Assembly (NCBI GenBank): GCA_029939715.1
Contig: JAOZSJ010000006.1
Coordinates: 1-63,042 of the forward strand
Source: Desulfobacterales bacterium
Lineage (GTDB): Bacteria > Desulfobacterota > Desulfobacteria > Desulfobacterales > 4572-123
Reading direction: 5' to 3'
DNA length: 63,042 nt
Made by a program: the position numbers and the translations under genes. A model generated the notes under the pieces. It worked only from the letters and a program-made list of their open reading frames with translations. It was not told the DNA's origin and searched no databases. Below are positions 1 through 9,903 of this stretch, piece by piece (within the stretch, counting starts at the first letter, position 1; each line of letters begins with the position of its first letter).

Positions 1-567
1 GGGGAACTTTATGGTGAAGTCACTGCTTCTGTTGGTGATACCACCGTAAATATCGAACTTACAACAATCATAACTCAGGATGATAGCGTTGAATATGCAC
101 CGAACGATGATATTTACGGTTCAGAATTTTTGTGCCAAATTACGGCGGAAGATGGCTCTGGACCGGTCACGGACTTCCCCAACGGCCTGATCGTGACCAT
201 TGATTTTGATCTTGGTAAAGTGGCCCCGGGTGATTTTGAATCCGGAGTCGCGGCTGTTTACCATGCCGTTGACGAGGCTACACTGCTGGCCGGCAATGGT
301 ACGATGGTGCCGGTCGAGGACATTCTTGCCGTCGATTACATCGGTGACGGCCAGACCGGATATGTTACCTTCCGGGTCTATTCGCTGTCGGTTTTCGGTA
401 TTGGTGCGGGCTCCGGATCCGATGCATTGAGTGATCACAGTGATGACAGCAGTTGTTTTATTTCCAGTGTGGCAGGCGGTTTCGGCATGAATCCGCCGGT
501 GGCTGTTTTGGGCCTGGCCGGTTTATTTGCCGCCTCACTGCTGTTGACTGGAAGGAAATGTAATTGA
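1..567 (+). CDS. 5'-truncated secreted/surface protein with CFI-box-like C-terminal sorting signal
   Basis: Frame 1 is open from base 1 (GELYGEVTASVGDTT...) to TGA at 565-567. Acidic, beta-rich body; ends in Ser/Gly/Asp linker + SSCFISSV + hydrophobic helix + RK. Confidence 0.7.
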   Translation, partial: GELYGEVTASVGDTTVNIELTTIITQDDSVEYAPNDDIYGSEFLCQITAEDGSGPVTDFPNGLIVTIDFDLGKVAPGDFESGVAAVYHAVDEATLLAGNGTMVPVEDILAVDYIGDGQTGYVTFRVYSLSVFGIGAGSGSDALSDHSDDSSCFISSVAGGFGMNPPVAVLGLAGLFAASLLLTGRKCN

Positions 568-576
568 TAATCAATG

Positions 577-606
577 TTTTGCGGGGCTGGAAACGGCCCC
601 GCAAAA
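577..606. terminator. Intrinsic terminator-like hairpin, possibly bidirectional
   Basis: TTTTGCGGGGC (577-587) and GCCCCGCAAAA (596-606) are perfect inverted repeats, 10 nt after the stop codon. Confidence 0.75.
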
Positions 607-663
607 TGATTGTCTGATAAATTTAAAGGTAAAATATAATTGATTCAGTGCCGGGAGAAAAAT

Positions 664-1257
664 ATGATTAAAAAAATTACCATAAGTATCGCAGTCTGTT
701 TATGCCTGTTGCTGGCCGCCGGAAATGTTATGGCCCGGGATGAGGGGTTCTATGCCGGTGTTTCAGGGCTTTATGCTCTGGAAAGTATCGATACGGATCA
801 GACCGAGGAGAAATTCAGCGTTCCGACGGCCATTGATTTTGATGATTCCTGGGGTGTTCAGATAAGGGCCGGACTGGTTTTTAATAAACTTATTTCGGTT
901 GAGGCCGTTGTTGAAAATATTGTGCCTTTTGAATCTGATCTTGATGAAGGTGAAGCCAAGATCTATGTAACTAATCTTTCAATAAACGGAAAGATTTCCG
1001 TTCCGTCCTTTGATACATTTGTTCCGTATGTCATTGGCGGTGTCGGATACCTGCACAGTTTCGAAGATATCAGCTATGGGGATGAAACATCCAAGACCAG
1101 GGACTGGGGCATGAGTGCCCGTGGCGGGTTTGGAATTGATTATTTCTTGAAGGAGTCCCTTGCCCTCAATTTCGAGTCGGCCTACACCACCGGGTTCGGT
1201 GATGTGGACCATGTAAAGTATACGACCATTTCTTTGGGAATGACGTTTTATTTTTAG
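664..1257 (+). CDS. Outer-membrane beta-barrel (OmpA-like/porin family) protein
   Basis: Signal peptide MIKKITISIAVCLCLLLAAGNVMA; alternating amphipathic strands; C-terminal aromatic motif LGMTFYF; GGGAGA RBS before ATG 664. Confidence 0.8.
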   Translation: MIKKITISIAVCLCLLLAAGNVMARDEGFYAGVSGLYALESIDTDQTEEKFSVPTAIDFDDSWGVQIRAGLVFNKLISVEAVVENIVPFESDLDEGEAKIYVTNLSINGKISVPSFDTFVPYVIGGVGYLHSFEDISYGDETSKTRDWGMSARGGFGIDYFLKESLALNFESAYTTGFGDVDHVKYTTISLGMTFYF

Positions 1258-1353
1258 TCCATCTCGATAAAGTACACTGAAGCTGTATTGCGGAAAAATA
1301 GAAAATATACTGGCTGTGGGGCACTGACTCATGGCAGTTATATGAAAAATGGT

Positions 1354-1389
1354 AAAAAAGGGAGCGGTTAAAACCGGCTCCCTTTTTTT
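1354..1389. terminator. Intrinsic terminator hairpin
   Basis: AAAAAAGGGAGC...GCTCCCTTTTTT inverted repeat followed by a T-run. Confidence 0.75.
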
Positions 1390-1496
1390 ATAGTGCAAAG
1401 ATAGATGGCAGGTCTCCAGTTCGGACGCATTCCTGATTATTTGACAATACTGCTTGCGTTTGATAATCTTATCATCATGTGAGGTGAGGGGGAACA

Positions 1497-3272
1497 ATGA
1501 AATTTCCATACGGTGTATGCGACTTTAAAAAAATTAATACACAGGGGTATTTTTACTGTGACAGAACAGATAAAATCAACCTGCTTGAAAAATCCGATTC
1601 CCAGCTTTTTATCCGACCCAGGCGTTTTGGCAAAAGCCTTGTTCTTTCAATGCTGGAAAATTATTATGATGTGGCAAAAAAAGACGAATTCGAGGCAATT
1701 TTCGGAAATTTAGAAATCGGCAGGTATCCAACAAAATTACGAAATTCATACTTTATCCTGAAATTCGATTTTTCCTGCGTTGACCCCACTGGAAGTGCAA
1801 GGGAAGTCAAAGAAGCCTTGTTTGATCACATTAATGACTGCATCAAAGAATTTATTCTTTATTACAGAGAATATAATCTTCCTGGTATTGAAATAAACAA
1901 AAACAATGCCATAAGTTCAGTCAAATCGCTGGTAAGCGCAGTCCGCATTACCCCATACCCGGTCTATCTCCTGATAGATGAGTATGATAATTTTGCCAAT
2001 ACGGTAATGATGGGTGTACAGACCGATAAAACAAGATATAAAGCTCTCGTACATGATGAAGGCCCCATAAGAACTTTTTTCAAGGCTGTAAAATCTTCCA
2101 CATCCGGTTCCATGTTTGATCGTGTTTTTATAACAGGGGTTTCGCCTGTTGTGATGAGTGATATTACCAGCGGATATAATATTGCTGAAAATATATATTT
2201 TGAACCTGAGTTTAATGATCTGTGCGGGTTTAAGCAGAATGAAATTGAGGATGTGATTAAAAAAGTTGTTGATCAATGCGGCTTTGAAAAGGAAAAAATC
2301 CGGGAAGCTGTCAATTTGATGCAGACTTATTACAACGGCTATACGTTTTCACATGCGACAGTTGAGCCTGTCTATAATCCGACGCTGTCTCTATATTTTT
2401 TTAAACAATTTCAAAAAATGTGCAAATACCCCAGAGAGATGCTGGATGACAATCTTGCCGTGGACGAATCAAAGCTTGAATATATAGCCCGGATTCCCAG
2501 GGGAAGAGATCTTTTATTGAAATTGATGGAAAATGAATGCCGGGTGACTGCATCAAAAATCAGTAAACGTTTTGGCATCAGGGAAATGCTGGCGGATAAA
2601 TCCAGGAACAATACGTTCCTTGTCTCTTTTCTTTATTATTTTGGCGTTTTGACCATTGTAGAAGATACAGAAAATCTTGAAATAATTTTAAAAGTTCCCA
2701 ATCTGGTTATGAAAAGTCTTTATGTAGAAAGGATTCAGAAGATGCTGCTATCTGAACCCGGCGACAGGGATGATGGTAAAAACGCTGCAAAACTTGTTTA
2801 CCAAAAAGGGAATATGGCACCTTTATGCAAATTTATGGAGGACCGATATTTTAAGGTTTTTCATAACAGGGACTATCGGTGGGCAAACGAGTTGACTGTA
2901 AAGACTGCTTTTCTCACTCTGCTTTACAATGATATTATCTATATCATGGATTCTGAAGCTGAAATTGATCCCAGGTATGCAGATCTCACGATGATCATCA
3001 GGCCGGATAAAAGATATGGTAAAGTATTTGATGTATTGATTGAATTTAAGTTTGTAAGGCTCAAAGAGGCAGGGATAAACGCTGATAAGGCACAAGATCT
3101 GGCCGAGGATGAACTGGTGCTGATTCCTGAAGTTGCAAATCAGTTAACAGATGGTGAAAAACAAGTGCTGGAATACGGAAACAAGCTTGAACAAAGGTAT
3201 GGAAACCTTAGATTGCAGAAATTTGTAGTCGTGGCTCTGGGGTTTGAAAGGGTCTGTTTCAGAAAGGTTTGA
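1497..3272 (+). CDS. AAA-ATPase-like protein with C-terminal PD-(D/E)XK nuclease domain
   Basis: Start motif PYG..DFK; Walker A RPRRFGKS; Walker B LLIDEYD; C-terminal RYADL...VLIEFK nuclease motif. Confidence 0.85.
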   Translation: MKFPYGVCDFKKINTQGYFYCDRTDKINLLEKSDSQLFIRPRRFGKSLVLSMLENYYDVAKKDEFEAIFGNLEIGRYPTKLRNSYFILKFDFSCVDPTGSAREVKEALFDHINDCIKEFILYYREYNLPGIEINKNNAISSVKSLVSAVRITPYPVYLLIDEYDNFANTVMMGVQTDKTRYKALVHDEGPIRTFFKAVKSSTSGSMFDRVFITGVSPVVMSDITSGYNIAENIYFEPEFNDLCGFKQNEIEDVIKKVVDQCGFEKEKIREAVNLMQTYYNGYTFSHATVEPVYNPTLSLYFFKQFQKMCKYPREMLDDNLAVDESKLEYIARIPRGRDLLLKLMENECRVTASKISKRFGIREMLADKSRNNTFLVSFLYYFGVLTIVEDTENLEIILKVPNLVMKSLYVERIQKMLLSEPGDRDDGKNAAKLVYQKGNMAPLCKFMEDRYFKVFHNRDYRWANELTVKTAFLTLLYNDIIYIMDSEAEIDPRYADLTMIIRPDKRYGKVFDVLIEFKFVRLKEAGINADKAQDLAEDELVLIPEVANQLTDGEKQVLEYGNKLEQRYGNLRLQKFVVVALGFERVCFRKV

Positions 3273-3286
3273 AATTCTGTTTCCTG

Positions 3287-3315
3287 TTGACTAAAGAGAC
3301 TGCTTTTATTAATAT
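3287..3315 (+). promoter_or_regulatory. Putative sigma70 promoter for mla operon
   Basis: TTGACT-17 nt-TAATAT upstream of mlaE. Confidence 0.45.
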
Positions 3316-3439
3316 CCGCTTGAAATCAAAATGCGCATAGTTTATTGAATGATGTATACTGGATATGGCGTCGCTGTACTTGTTTTTTTATAGGTACAGG
3401 ATGTCGTTTTTTATTTTTTTAACCATATGAGTAGCCGCA

Positions 3440-4240
3440 ATGCCTGATATGTCTCCAAAAACAATTTTGCAGGACCTGGGTGCCGGAAGCATTTCCTTTT
3501 TACAGGAAATGGGGCAGATGGGCCTTTTTTTTATTCAGGCTTTTGTTCTTATATTTACACGCCCTTTCCAGGTGTCTAAATTTATCCAGCAGATGTATTT
3601 TATCGGGGCCAAATCGGTCTTTGTGATTTTTCTGACCGGAGGTTTTACCGGTATGGTGCTCGGGCTGCAGGGATATTATACCCTGGTTAAATTCGGGTCC
3701 GAGGGGATGCTGGGGGCAGCGGTTTCTCTTTCCCTGATCAGGGAACTGGGACCGACCCTGACCGCCATCATGATTACCGGTCGTGCCGGTTCCGCCATGG
3801 CCGCCGAGATCGGCATCATGCGAATATCCGAACAGATCGATGCTCTGGTCACCATGGACATCAACCCGGTTCGTTTTCTGGTCAGCCCGCGGATTGCCGC
3901 GGCGATTATCAGCTTTCCTTTGCTGACGGCCCTGTTTGATGTAGTAGGCATCATGGGCGGCTACCTGACCGGTTCAGTCTTGCTGGGTATCAACTCAGGA
4001 GCTTATTTCTGGCGGATTGAATCCAGCGTGGTAATGCAGGATATAAGCAGCGGATTTATCAAATCGGTGGTTTTTGCGGCCATTGTCGTTCTGGTTTGCT
4101 GTTTCCAGGGATACACCACCCATACCCGCTCGGAAGGGTTCGGTGCCAGGGGTGTCAGTTTTTCCACCACCACCGCAGTGGTCATGTCCAGCGTACTTAT
4201 ACTGGTGTTCGACTATGTATTGACATCGATTTTGCTTTAA
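3440..4240 (+). CDS. mlaE: MlaE family ABC permease
   Basis: RELGPTLTAIMITGRAGSAMAAEIGIMRISEQIDAL signature; GARGVSFSTTTAVV. Confidence 0.95.
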   Translation: MPDMSPKTILQDLGAGSISFLQEMGQMGLFFIQAFVLIFTRPFQVSKFIQQMYFIGAKSVFVIFLTGGFTGMVLGLQGYYTLVKFGSEGMLGAAVSLSLIRELGPTLTAIMITGRAGSAMAAEIGIMRISEQIDALVTMDINPVRFLVSPRIAAAIISFPLLTALFDVVGIMGGYLTGSVLLGINSGAYFWRIESSVVMQDISSGFIKSVVFAAIVVLVCCFQGYTTHTRSEGFGARGVSFSTTTAVVMSSVLILVFDYVLTSILL

Positions 4241-4344
4241 AGCACTGATTTTTATTTTTTTACCGTTTTGTGAAAATGTGTTATTTGCGGCCTGCGCCTT
4301 TTCAACAGCATTGGGCCGGCCGGATTTAGGGATTTAAGAAAAAT

Positions 4345-5556
4345 ATGCCGGAACCGTTGATACAGCTTGAGAATGTACATAAAAAATTCGGTAATCATGT
4401 GATTTTAAACGGCGTTGATCTTAGTATCTACGGTGGCGAAGTCTTGACGGTTATCGGCAAGAGCGGCGGGGGCAAGAGCGTTCTGCTTAAGCATGTGATC
4501 GGTCTGCTCACACCTGATTCAGGACGTATTGTATATGAAGGGCGATCCATTGATGACATGAAAAAAGCCGAGCGAAGAGCCTTGAAAAACAGGTTCAGCT
4601 ACATGTTTCAGGGAACGGCTCTTTTTGATTCGATGCCTGTTTATGATAATATTGCTTTGCCGCTGAAAGAAAAAGCCCGGTTGTCCGGTCCTGCGATTAA
4701 AGACAAGGTATATGAAAAAATGTCACAGCTCGACCTGCATGACATTGAGGAAAAGTATCCGTCCCAGATTTCCGGCGGGATGAAAAAACGGGTGGCTTTG
4801 GCAAGAGCCCTGGTGACAGATCCGGAGATTGTTTTGTTTGATGAACCAACGACCGGTCTGGACCCTATACGGAAAAATGCCGTGCACAGCATGATCTGCG
4901 ATTATCAAAGCAAGTTCGGTTTTACCGCCGTGGTGGTGAGCCATGAAATTCCGGATGTGTTTTTTATTTCCCAGCGAATCGCCATGCTGGACAGAGGGCG
5001 TATTCATTTTCAGGGCACTCCCGATGAAATTAAAAATATCGATGATCCCGTGGTCAATGAGTTTATCAAAGGGCTGGAGGCAGAGCAGGATGATCTGACC
5101 GGCATGGATACGCATACCTACGGAGAACAGAAGTTCCAGATTGAAATGGAACAGTTGAAAGGAAACGGTAAAACCTTTTCACTGGTTTTGTTCAAGGTGG
5201 ATAACATGGAAGAGATCAACAATAAATGGGGACATACGGAAGGTCAGCGGGTTTTGAAAAATTTTGCCGAACATATTACAAATAATTTACGGCACAATGA
5301 TATCTGCAGCCGCCTGGGACTGAACCGGATCATGCTGCTGATGCCTGATACTAAAATAGATGGAGCGCGCCATGTCTGTGCCAGGATGGCCGGAAATCTG
5401 AAAAGTGCGGATGTTATGGGAGATCGACTGCAAGCCGGCTTCTGCTTTTCCGTCAGTGCCGGGTTTGCGCAGGCGCACAAGGAAAGCACTATGGACGAAA
5501 TGCTGGAAAGGGCCAAGTCCGACCAGAATAAATTTTATGATTTCCGGATCTGTTGA
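4345..5556 (+). CDS. mlaF: MlaF ABC ATPase fused to degenerate GGDEF domain
   Basis: Walker A GKSGGGKS, signature ISGGMKKR, Walker B LFDEPT, H-loop VSH; extra ~150 aa with a GGDEF-like pattern (FSLVLFKVDNMEEINNKWGH...RHNDICSRLGLNRI...SVSAGFA). Confidence 0.9.
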   Translation: MPEPLIQLENVHKKFGNHVILNGVDLSIYGGEVLTVIGKSGGGKSVLLKHVIGLLTPDSGRIVYEGRSIDDMKKAERRALKNRFSYMFQGTALFDSMPVYDNIALPLKEKARLSGPAIKDKVYEKMSQLDLHDIEEKYPSQISGGMKKRVALARALVTDPEIVLFDEPTTGLDPIRKNAVHSMICDYQSKFGFTAVVVSHEIPDVFFISQRIAMLDRGRIHFQGTPDEIKNIDDPVVNEFIKGLEAEQDDLTGMDTHTYGEQKFQIEMEQLKGNGKTFSLVLFKVDNMEEINNKWGHTEGQRVLKNFAEHITNNLRHNDICSRLGLNRIMLLMPDTKIDGARHVCARMAGNLKSADVMGDRLQAGFCFSVSAGFAQAHKESTMDEMLERAKSDQNKFYDFRIC

Positions 5557-5594
5557 TAAAATATTAAACTGAATGTATTTGGAAAAATATAGTT

Positions 5595-6041
5595 ATGAAA
5601 AAGTCGACCACTGAAATTTCGGTAGGTGTTTTTGTCATGATAGGACTGCTGTGCGTTGGTTATTTAACAATCAAGCTGGGACAGATGGAGCTTTTAGGGG
5701 ATGATTATTATCTGCTCAGCGCCAGATTTGATAATGTCAGCGGCTTGAGGCCCGGAGCACAGGTCGAGATGGCCGGTGTGAAAATCGGTCAGGTGGATTC
5801 CATCACTCTTGACAGGGAAACGCTGTTTGCCATTGTCGGACTAAAGATCCAGAACAGCATGGAATTGTCCGATGACGCCATCGCTTCGGTCAAGACTTCG
5901 GGTATTATCGGCGATAAATATGTCAAGATCATTGCCGGCGGGTCGGATGATATGTTAAAACCCGGTGATATGATTACGGATACGGAATCGGCGGTGGACA
6001 TCGAGGAGTTGATCAGCAAGTATGTGTTCGGAGGGGTTTGA
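5595..6041 (+). CDS. mlaD: MlaD (MCE domain) protein
   Basis: N-terminal TM; ARFDNVSGLRPGAQVEMAGVKIGQV; TSGIIGDKYV. Confidence 0.95.
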   Translation: MKKSTTEISVGVFVMIGLLCVGYLTIKLGQMELLGDDYYLLSARFDNVSGLRPGAQVEMAGVKIGQVDSITLDRETLFAIVGLKIQNSMELSDDAIASVKTSGIIGDKYVKIIAGGSDDMLKPGDMITDTESAVDIEELISKYVFGGV

Positions 6042-6068
6042 AAAAAAATTCAAGGGAGCCTGACAGTT

Positions 6069-6689
6069 ATGAAAAAGTTTTTGTTTGCGGCAGTTTTTTT
6101 AATGTGCATGGGAATGATCAATACGGTATCTGCCGTCGAACCCATGGAAGCCCTCAGGGAACCCATGGAAAAGATACTGAATCTGCTGGCGGACCCCCAG
6201 TATAAGGAAGCGAACACCAAGAGCCTGCAGCGGCAGCAGATTACAGCTATCACAAGCAGCCTGTTTGATTATACCGAGATGGCTAAACGTGCCCTGGCAA
6301 GGAACTGGAAGATTTTTACGCCGGCTCAGAGGAAGGAGTTCAGGGATGTTTTTGCCGATCTGCTGGAAACCACCTATTACAGCAAAGTTTACGGTGAATA
6401 TACCAATGAGACGATAACCTATCAGAAACAACAGAAAATTTCCGATGTCAAGGCCCGGGTTGAAACATTGATTCACCGGAAAACAGTGGATGTCCCGATA
6501 AAGTACAGCATGAAGTTAAGCAAGGGCGTGTGGCGGGTATATGACGTCAATATTGAAGGCGTCAGCCTGATTAAGAATTATCGTTCCCAGTTTGCCAAAA
6601 TTCTCAACAAGAATAAGCCGGAATACTTAATACAACGGCTCAGGGATAAGGTTGCTTTGCTTGAAAAAGGTGAGAATCCGGAGACATGA
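6069..6689 (+). CDS. mlaC: MlaC/Ttg2D periplasmic lipid-binding protein
   Basis: Signal peptide; FDYTEMAKRALARNW; WRVYDVNIEGVSLIKNYRSQF. Confidence 0.93.
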   Translation: MKKFLFAAVFLMCMGMINTVSAVEPMEALREPMEKILNLLADPQYKEANTKSLQRQQITAITSSLFDYTEMAKRALARNWKIFTPAQRKEFRDVFADLLETTYYSKVYGEYTNETITYQKQQKISDVKARVETLIHRKTVDVPIKYSMKLSKGVWRVYDVNIEGVSLIKNYRSQFAKILNKNKPEYLIQRLRDKVALLEKGENPET

Positions 6690-7531
6690 TGAAATACGCT
6701 GCTTTTTTGTCTGTTGTTTTAACTCTGCTGCTGAGTATGGGCTGTGCGGCCCATAACGCATCCACGGAATCCGGAGATGTGCTGTCCCAGCCCATCCAGC
6801 CGGCAACGCAGGCAACTGAAAAAGATTTCGTGGAGCAGCAGGACCTGACCGAAGTTGATTCTGAATTTTTAGATGACAGTCTTGATTTTCTGGATGAAGA
6901 GGATGAGGACTTTGAGGATGATATCCGGATTGCGGATCCGATTGCACCACTGAACAAGGTTATATACCATTTTAATGATAAACTGTACTTCTGGGTCTTG
7001 AAACCCGCGGCAAAGGGCTATCGGGCCGTTGTGCCGCATGTTGTTCGAAACAGCGTGAAGAATTTTTTTGTAAATCTTACTTTTCCGGCCCGTTTTGTCA
7101 ACAGCCTGCTGCAGGCCAAAGGACAGAACGCCTCGGATGAACTGGGCCGATTCCTGTTCAACAGCACGGTGGGTGTGCTCGGTTTCTGGGATGCCGCCGA
7201 CAGGTTTTATCCGAATCTGAATCCTGTTTCCGAAGACCTGGGACAGACTTTGGGCAGGTATCGAATGGGCAATGGCTTTTATATTGTCTGGCCAATTCTG
7301 GGGCCGTCCACATTAAGAGATTCGGTCGGTATGATCGGCGACCGGTTCCTGAATCCCGTGACCTATGTGGAACCGGCGGAGGCATCACTGGGTGTCAGCG
7401 CGTATGATAAGGTAAACAGCCTCTCTTTTCGCATCGGTGATTACGAGGCATTGAAAGATGCAGCCCTGGACCCGTATGAAGCGTTTCGGGATGCATACAT
7501 TCAATACCGGCAGAAAAAGGTAGAGGAATAG
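6686..7531 (+). CDS. mlaA: MlaA/VacJ lipoprotein
   Basis: Lipoprotein-type signal ending MGC; DPIAPLNK..FND; EDLGQTLG; WPILGPSTLRD. Confidence 0.93.
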   Translation: MMKYAAFLSVVLTLLLSMGCAAHNASTESGDVLSQPIQPATQATEKDFVEQQDLTEVDSEFLDDSLDFLDEEDEDFEDDIRIADPIAPLNKVIYHFNDKLYFWVLKPAAKGYRAVVPHVVRNSVKNFFVNLTFPARFVNSLLQAKGQNASDELGRFLFNSTVGVLGFWDAADRFYPNLNPVSEDLGQTLGRYRMGNGFYIVWPILGPSTLRDSVGMIGDRFLNPVTYVEPAEASLGVSAYDKVNSLSFRIGDYEALKDAALDPYEAFRDAYIQYRQKKVEE

Positions 7532-7602
7532 ATCTCAGGCTATCAGGCTAAAGGCTATCAGGCTGAAAGCTGTTTGGGCAGTCTGACAGCATGACACGCA
7601 GT

Positions 7603-8118
7603 CTACCTTCCACAACATTTTTTGTATTTTTTGCCGCTGCCGCATGGGCAGGGATCGTTGCGGCCCACCTTGGGGGATGAGCGCACGACCTGTGTTTGGG
7701 AGGGTGCTTCACCGTCATAAAAATACCAGTTATCGTCCTGCTTTTTGAACCGGGCTATTTCATGGTGCCGCTTTTTTTTGTCTTTTTCAATGTATTCGGC
7801 GATAAATTCGACGGTTCCTTCCTTGTCGTCCGGTCCCCCGTCCCGGGTCTCCCTGATTGTAAGCCCGCGCCAGATTGATTTTTCCGCCCATTTTCGGATC
7901 GACCCGGCATCATGATCTTTGCGCTGATCCGGGTGAACCGTGTCAAGCAGATATTGTACATCTGCTTTTGCAAAGGCGGTATAACGGGACCGCATTAAAG
8001 CTTCCGGTGTCTGGGCCGGAACGGTTCCTTCAATAAGCTCCCGGCAGCATTCATCATAGGTTTTGCCGGAGCCGCACGGGCAGTTTTCAGTCGTTGTTTC
8101 CATTTTATGTTTCTCCAT
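7603..8118 (-). CDS. YchJ family protein with N- and C-terminal SEC-C motifs
   Basis: [13 protein letters not shown]; [10 protein letters not shown]; GTVEFIA; WYFYDG; [18 protein letters not shown]. Start may be 8103. Confidence 0.9.
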   Translation of the reverse strand: MEKHKMETTTENCPCGSGKTYDECCRELIEGTVPAQTPEALMRSRYTAFAKADVQYLLDTVHPDQRKDHDAGSIRKWAEKSIWRGLTIRETRDGGPDDKEGTVEFIAEYIEKDKKKRHHEIARFKKQDDNWYFYDGEAPSQTQVVRSSPKVGRNDPCPCGSGKKYKKCCGR

Positions 8119-8372
8119 GATTGTTCAAAGGTTACTGGTTACTGGTTCGAGCTATCGCAGGGTGAGTTCTGTTCACCGATAGAGGGAATACCTCTTATCG
8201 AAGGTTACAATTCCACCCCCCATTGCATCCGGAAAAAATATCCGTGTGAGTCCGTGCTTCCCATGGCTGTTTTCTCATAAAAGATTTGATTTTGAAGTGA
8301 ATTTAGGATTATGTCAATCAAAAATACTTTTTACGGGCTCGTCAATAATGCAATGAAAGCTTTTTTGATAAA

Positions 8373-9902
8373 ATGATACTGCTCATCTATCCGCCGGTTG
8401 CAAAACCGTGTGAAATGCCCCCTGGACCGGCCAGACTGGCCGGAGCCCTGGAACATCATAATGTGCCTCACAAAGTGGTGGATTTCAATGTGGCGGGGCT
8501 GCACTATCTTCTTTTGCAGCCGGTTGCAGGGACAGATACCTGGACCAGGCGGGCGGTATTCCGTCTTCAGGAAAATCTGGCGGCCATGCGGAATCGACGC
8601 ATTTATCAAAATATCGACCGCTACAAACGTGCAGTCATGGATATTAACCGGGTTCTGCACCGGCTGGACAAATCGGATAACAGTGTTGTCAGTCTTGCCA
8701 ATTATCAGGATGATCATCTTTTGCCGGTGAGAAGCGCGGATCTGATCAAGGCGTCTGAAACATTTGAAAACAATCCGTTTTATTCTTTTTTTAAAATCCA
8801 TTTGACGTCTTTGCTTGAAAGGCATGGGCCGGATATTGTCGGGTTTTCCCTGAATTACCTGAGCCAGGCGGTCTGCACCTTTGCAATGATCGGTTTTTTG
8901 CGTAAAATCAGCCCTGAAATTAAAATCATTGTGGGCGGCGGTCTGGTTACCACCTGGTTGGCAAATCCGGCCTGGAAAAACCCATTCGGCGGACTGGTGG
9001 ATGATTTTGTGGCCGGGGCCGGTGAGAAAGCACTGCTTGAAACTGCCGGTGTAATTGAAGGGGAAAAGTTTTATACGCCCGATTATTCAGACTTTGAGCA
9101 CAAACAATACCTGTCTCCGGGCATGATTCTGCCCTACAGCGCGTCTGCGGGATGCTACTGGAATCGCTGCGGTTTTTGCCCGGAAAAGGCGGAGGGCAAT
9201 CAGTATTGCCCGGTACCCACGGACAGGGTCATCGAAGATCTCGGGCTGCTGATCAAACATAACAGCCCATGCCTGCTGCATCTGCTTGACAATGCCATCA
9301 GCCCGGCCCTGCTGAAAAGGCTGGCCGCTGACCCCCCAGGGGTCGGTTGGTACGGATTTGCCCGAATATCCAGATGCCTGGCGGATCCGGATTTTTGCTG
9401 CGATTTGAAGCGCGCCGGATGCGTCATGCTGAAGCTGGGGCTCGAGTCAGGAGATTCCGGGGTGCTGGAAGGAATGCAAAAAGGAATAGATTTGAATCTT
9501 GTCGCAACTGTTTTACGAAATTTAAAAAAAGCCGGTATAGCAACCTATGTTTACCTGCTTTTCGGCACTGTTTTCGAGACTCTTGATTCGGCCCGGAACA
9601 CACTTGCATTTACGGCGAAACATGCAGGAGAGATAGGATTCTTAAACCTTGCCATCTTTAATCTGCCGGCCTATGGACCGGATGTCGAAACCCTGGCCAC
9701 CGAAGATTTTTATACCGGGGATCTGAGTCTTTACCGCTCCTTTGTCCACCCCAGGGGCTGGCACCGCAATCTGGTGCGACAGTTCCTGGATCGTGAATTC
9801 AAACACCATCCTGCCATAGCTTCCATATTGAAAAATGATCCTGTAGTGTTCACCTCCAATCACGCACCGTTTTTTGCCGAGCTCTTTAGAGAAGCAGGTT
9901 GA
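8373..9902 (+). CDS. B12-binding domain radical SAM protein
   Basis: B12-binding-like region (DIVGFSL...IIVGG); CX3CX2C motif CYWNRCGFC; LGLESG. Confidence 0.85.
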   Translation: MILLIYPPVAKPCEMPPGPARLAGALEHHNVPHKVVDFNVAGLHYLLLQPVAGTDTWTRRAVFRLQENLAAMRNRRIYQNIDRYKRAVMDINRVLHRLDKSDNSVVSLANYQDDHLLPVRSADLIKASETFENNPFYSFFKIHLTSLLERHGPDIVGFSLNYLSQAVCTFAMIGFLRKISPEIKIIVGGGLVTTWLANPAWKNPFGGLVDDFVAGAGEKALLETAGVIEGEKFYTPDYSDFEHKQYLSPGMILPYSASAGCYWNRCGFCPEKAEGNQYCPVPTDRVIEDLGLLIKHNSPCLLHLLDNAISPALLKRLAADPPGVGWYGFARISRCLADPDFCCDLKRAGCVMLKLGLESGDSGVLEGMQKGIDLNLVATVLRNLKKAGIATYVYLLFGTVFETLDSARNTLAFTAKHAGEIGFLNLAIFNLPAYGPDVETLATEDFYTGDLSLYRSFVHPRGWHRNLVRQFLDREFKHHPAIASILKNDPVVFTSNHAPFFAELFREAG

Positions 9903-9903
9903 A

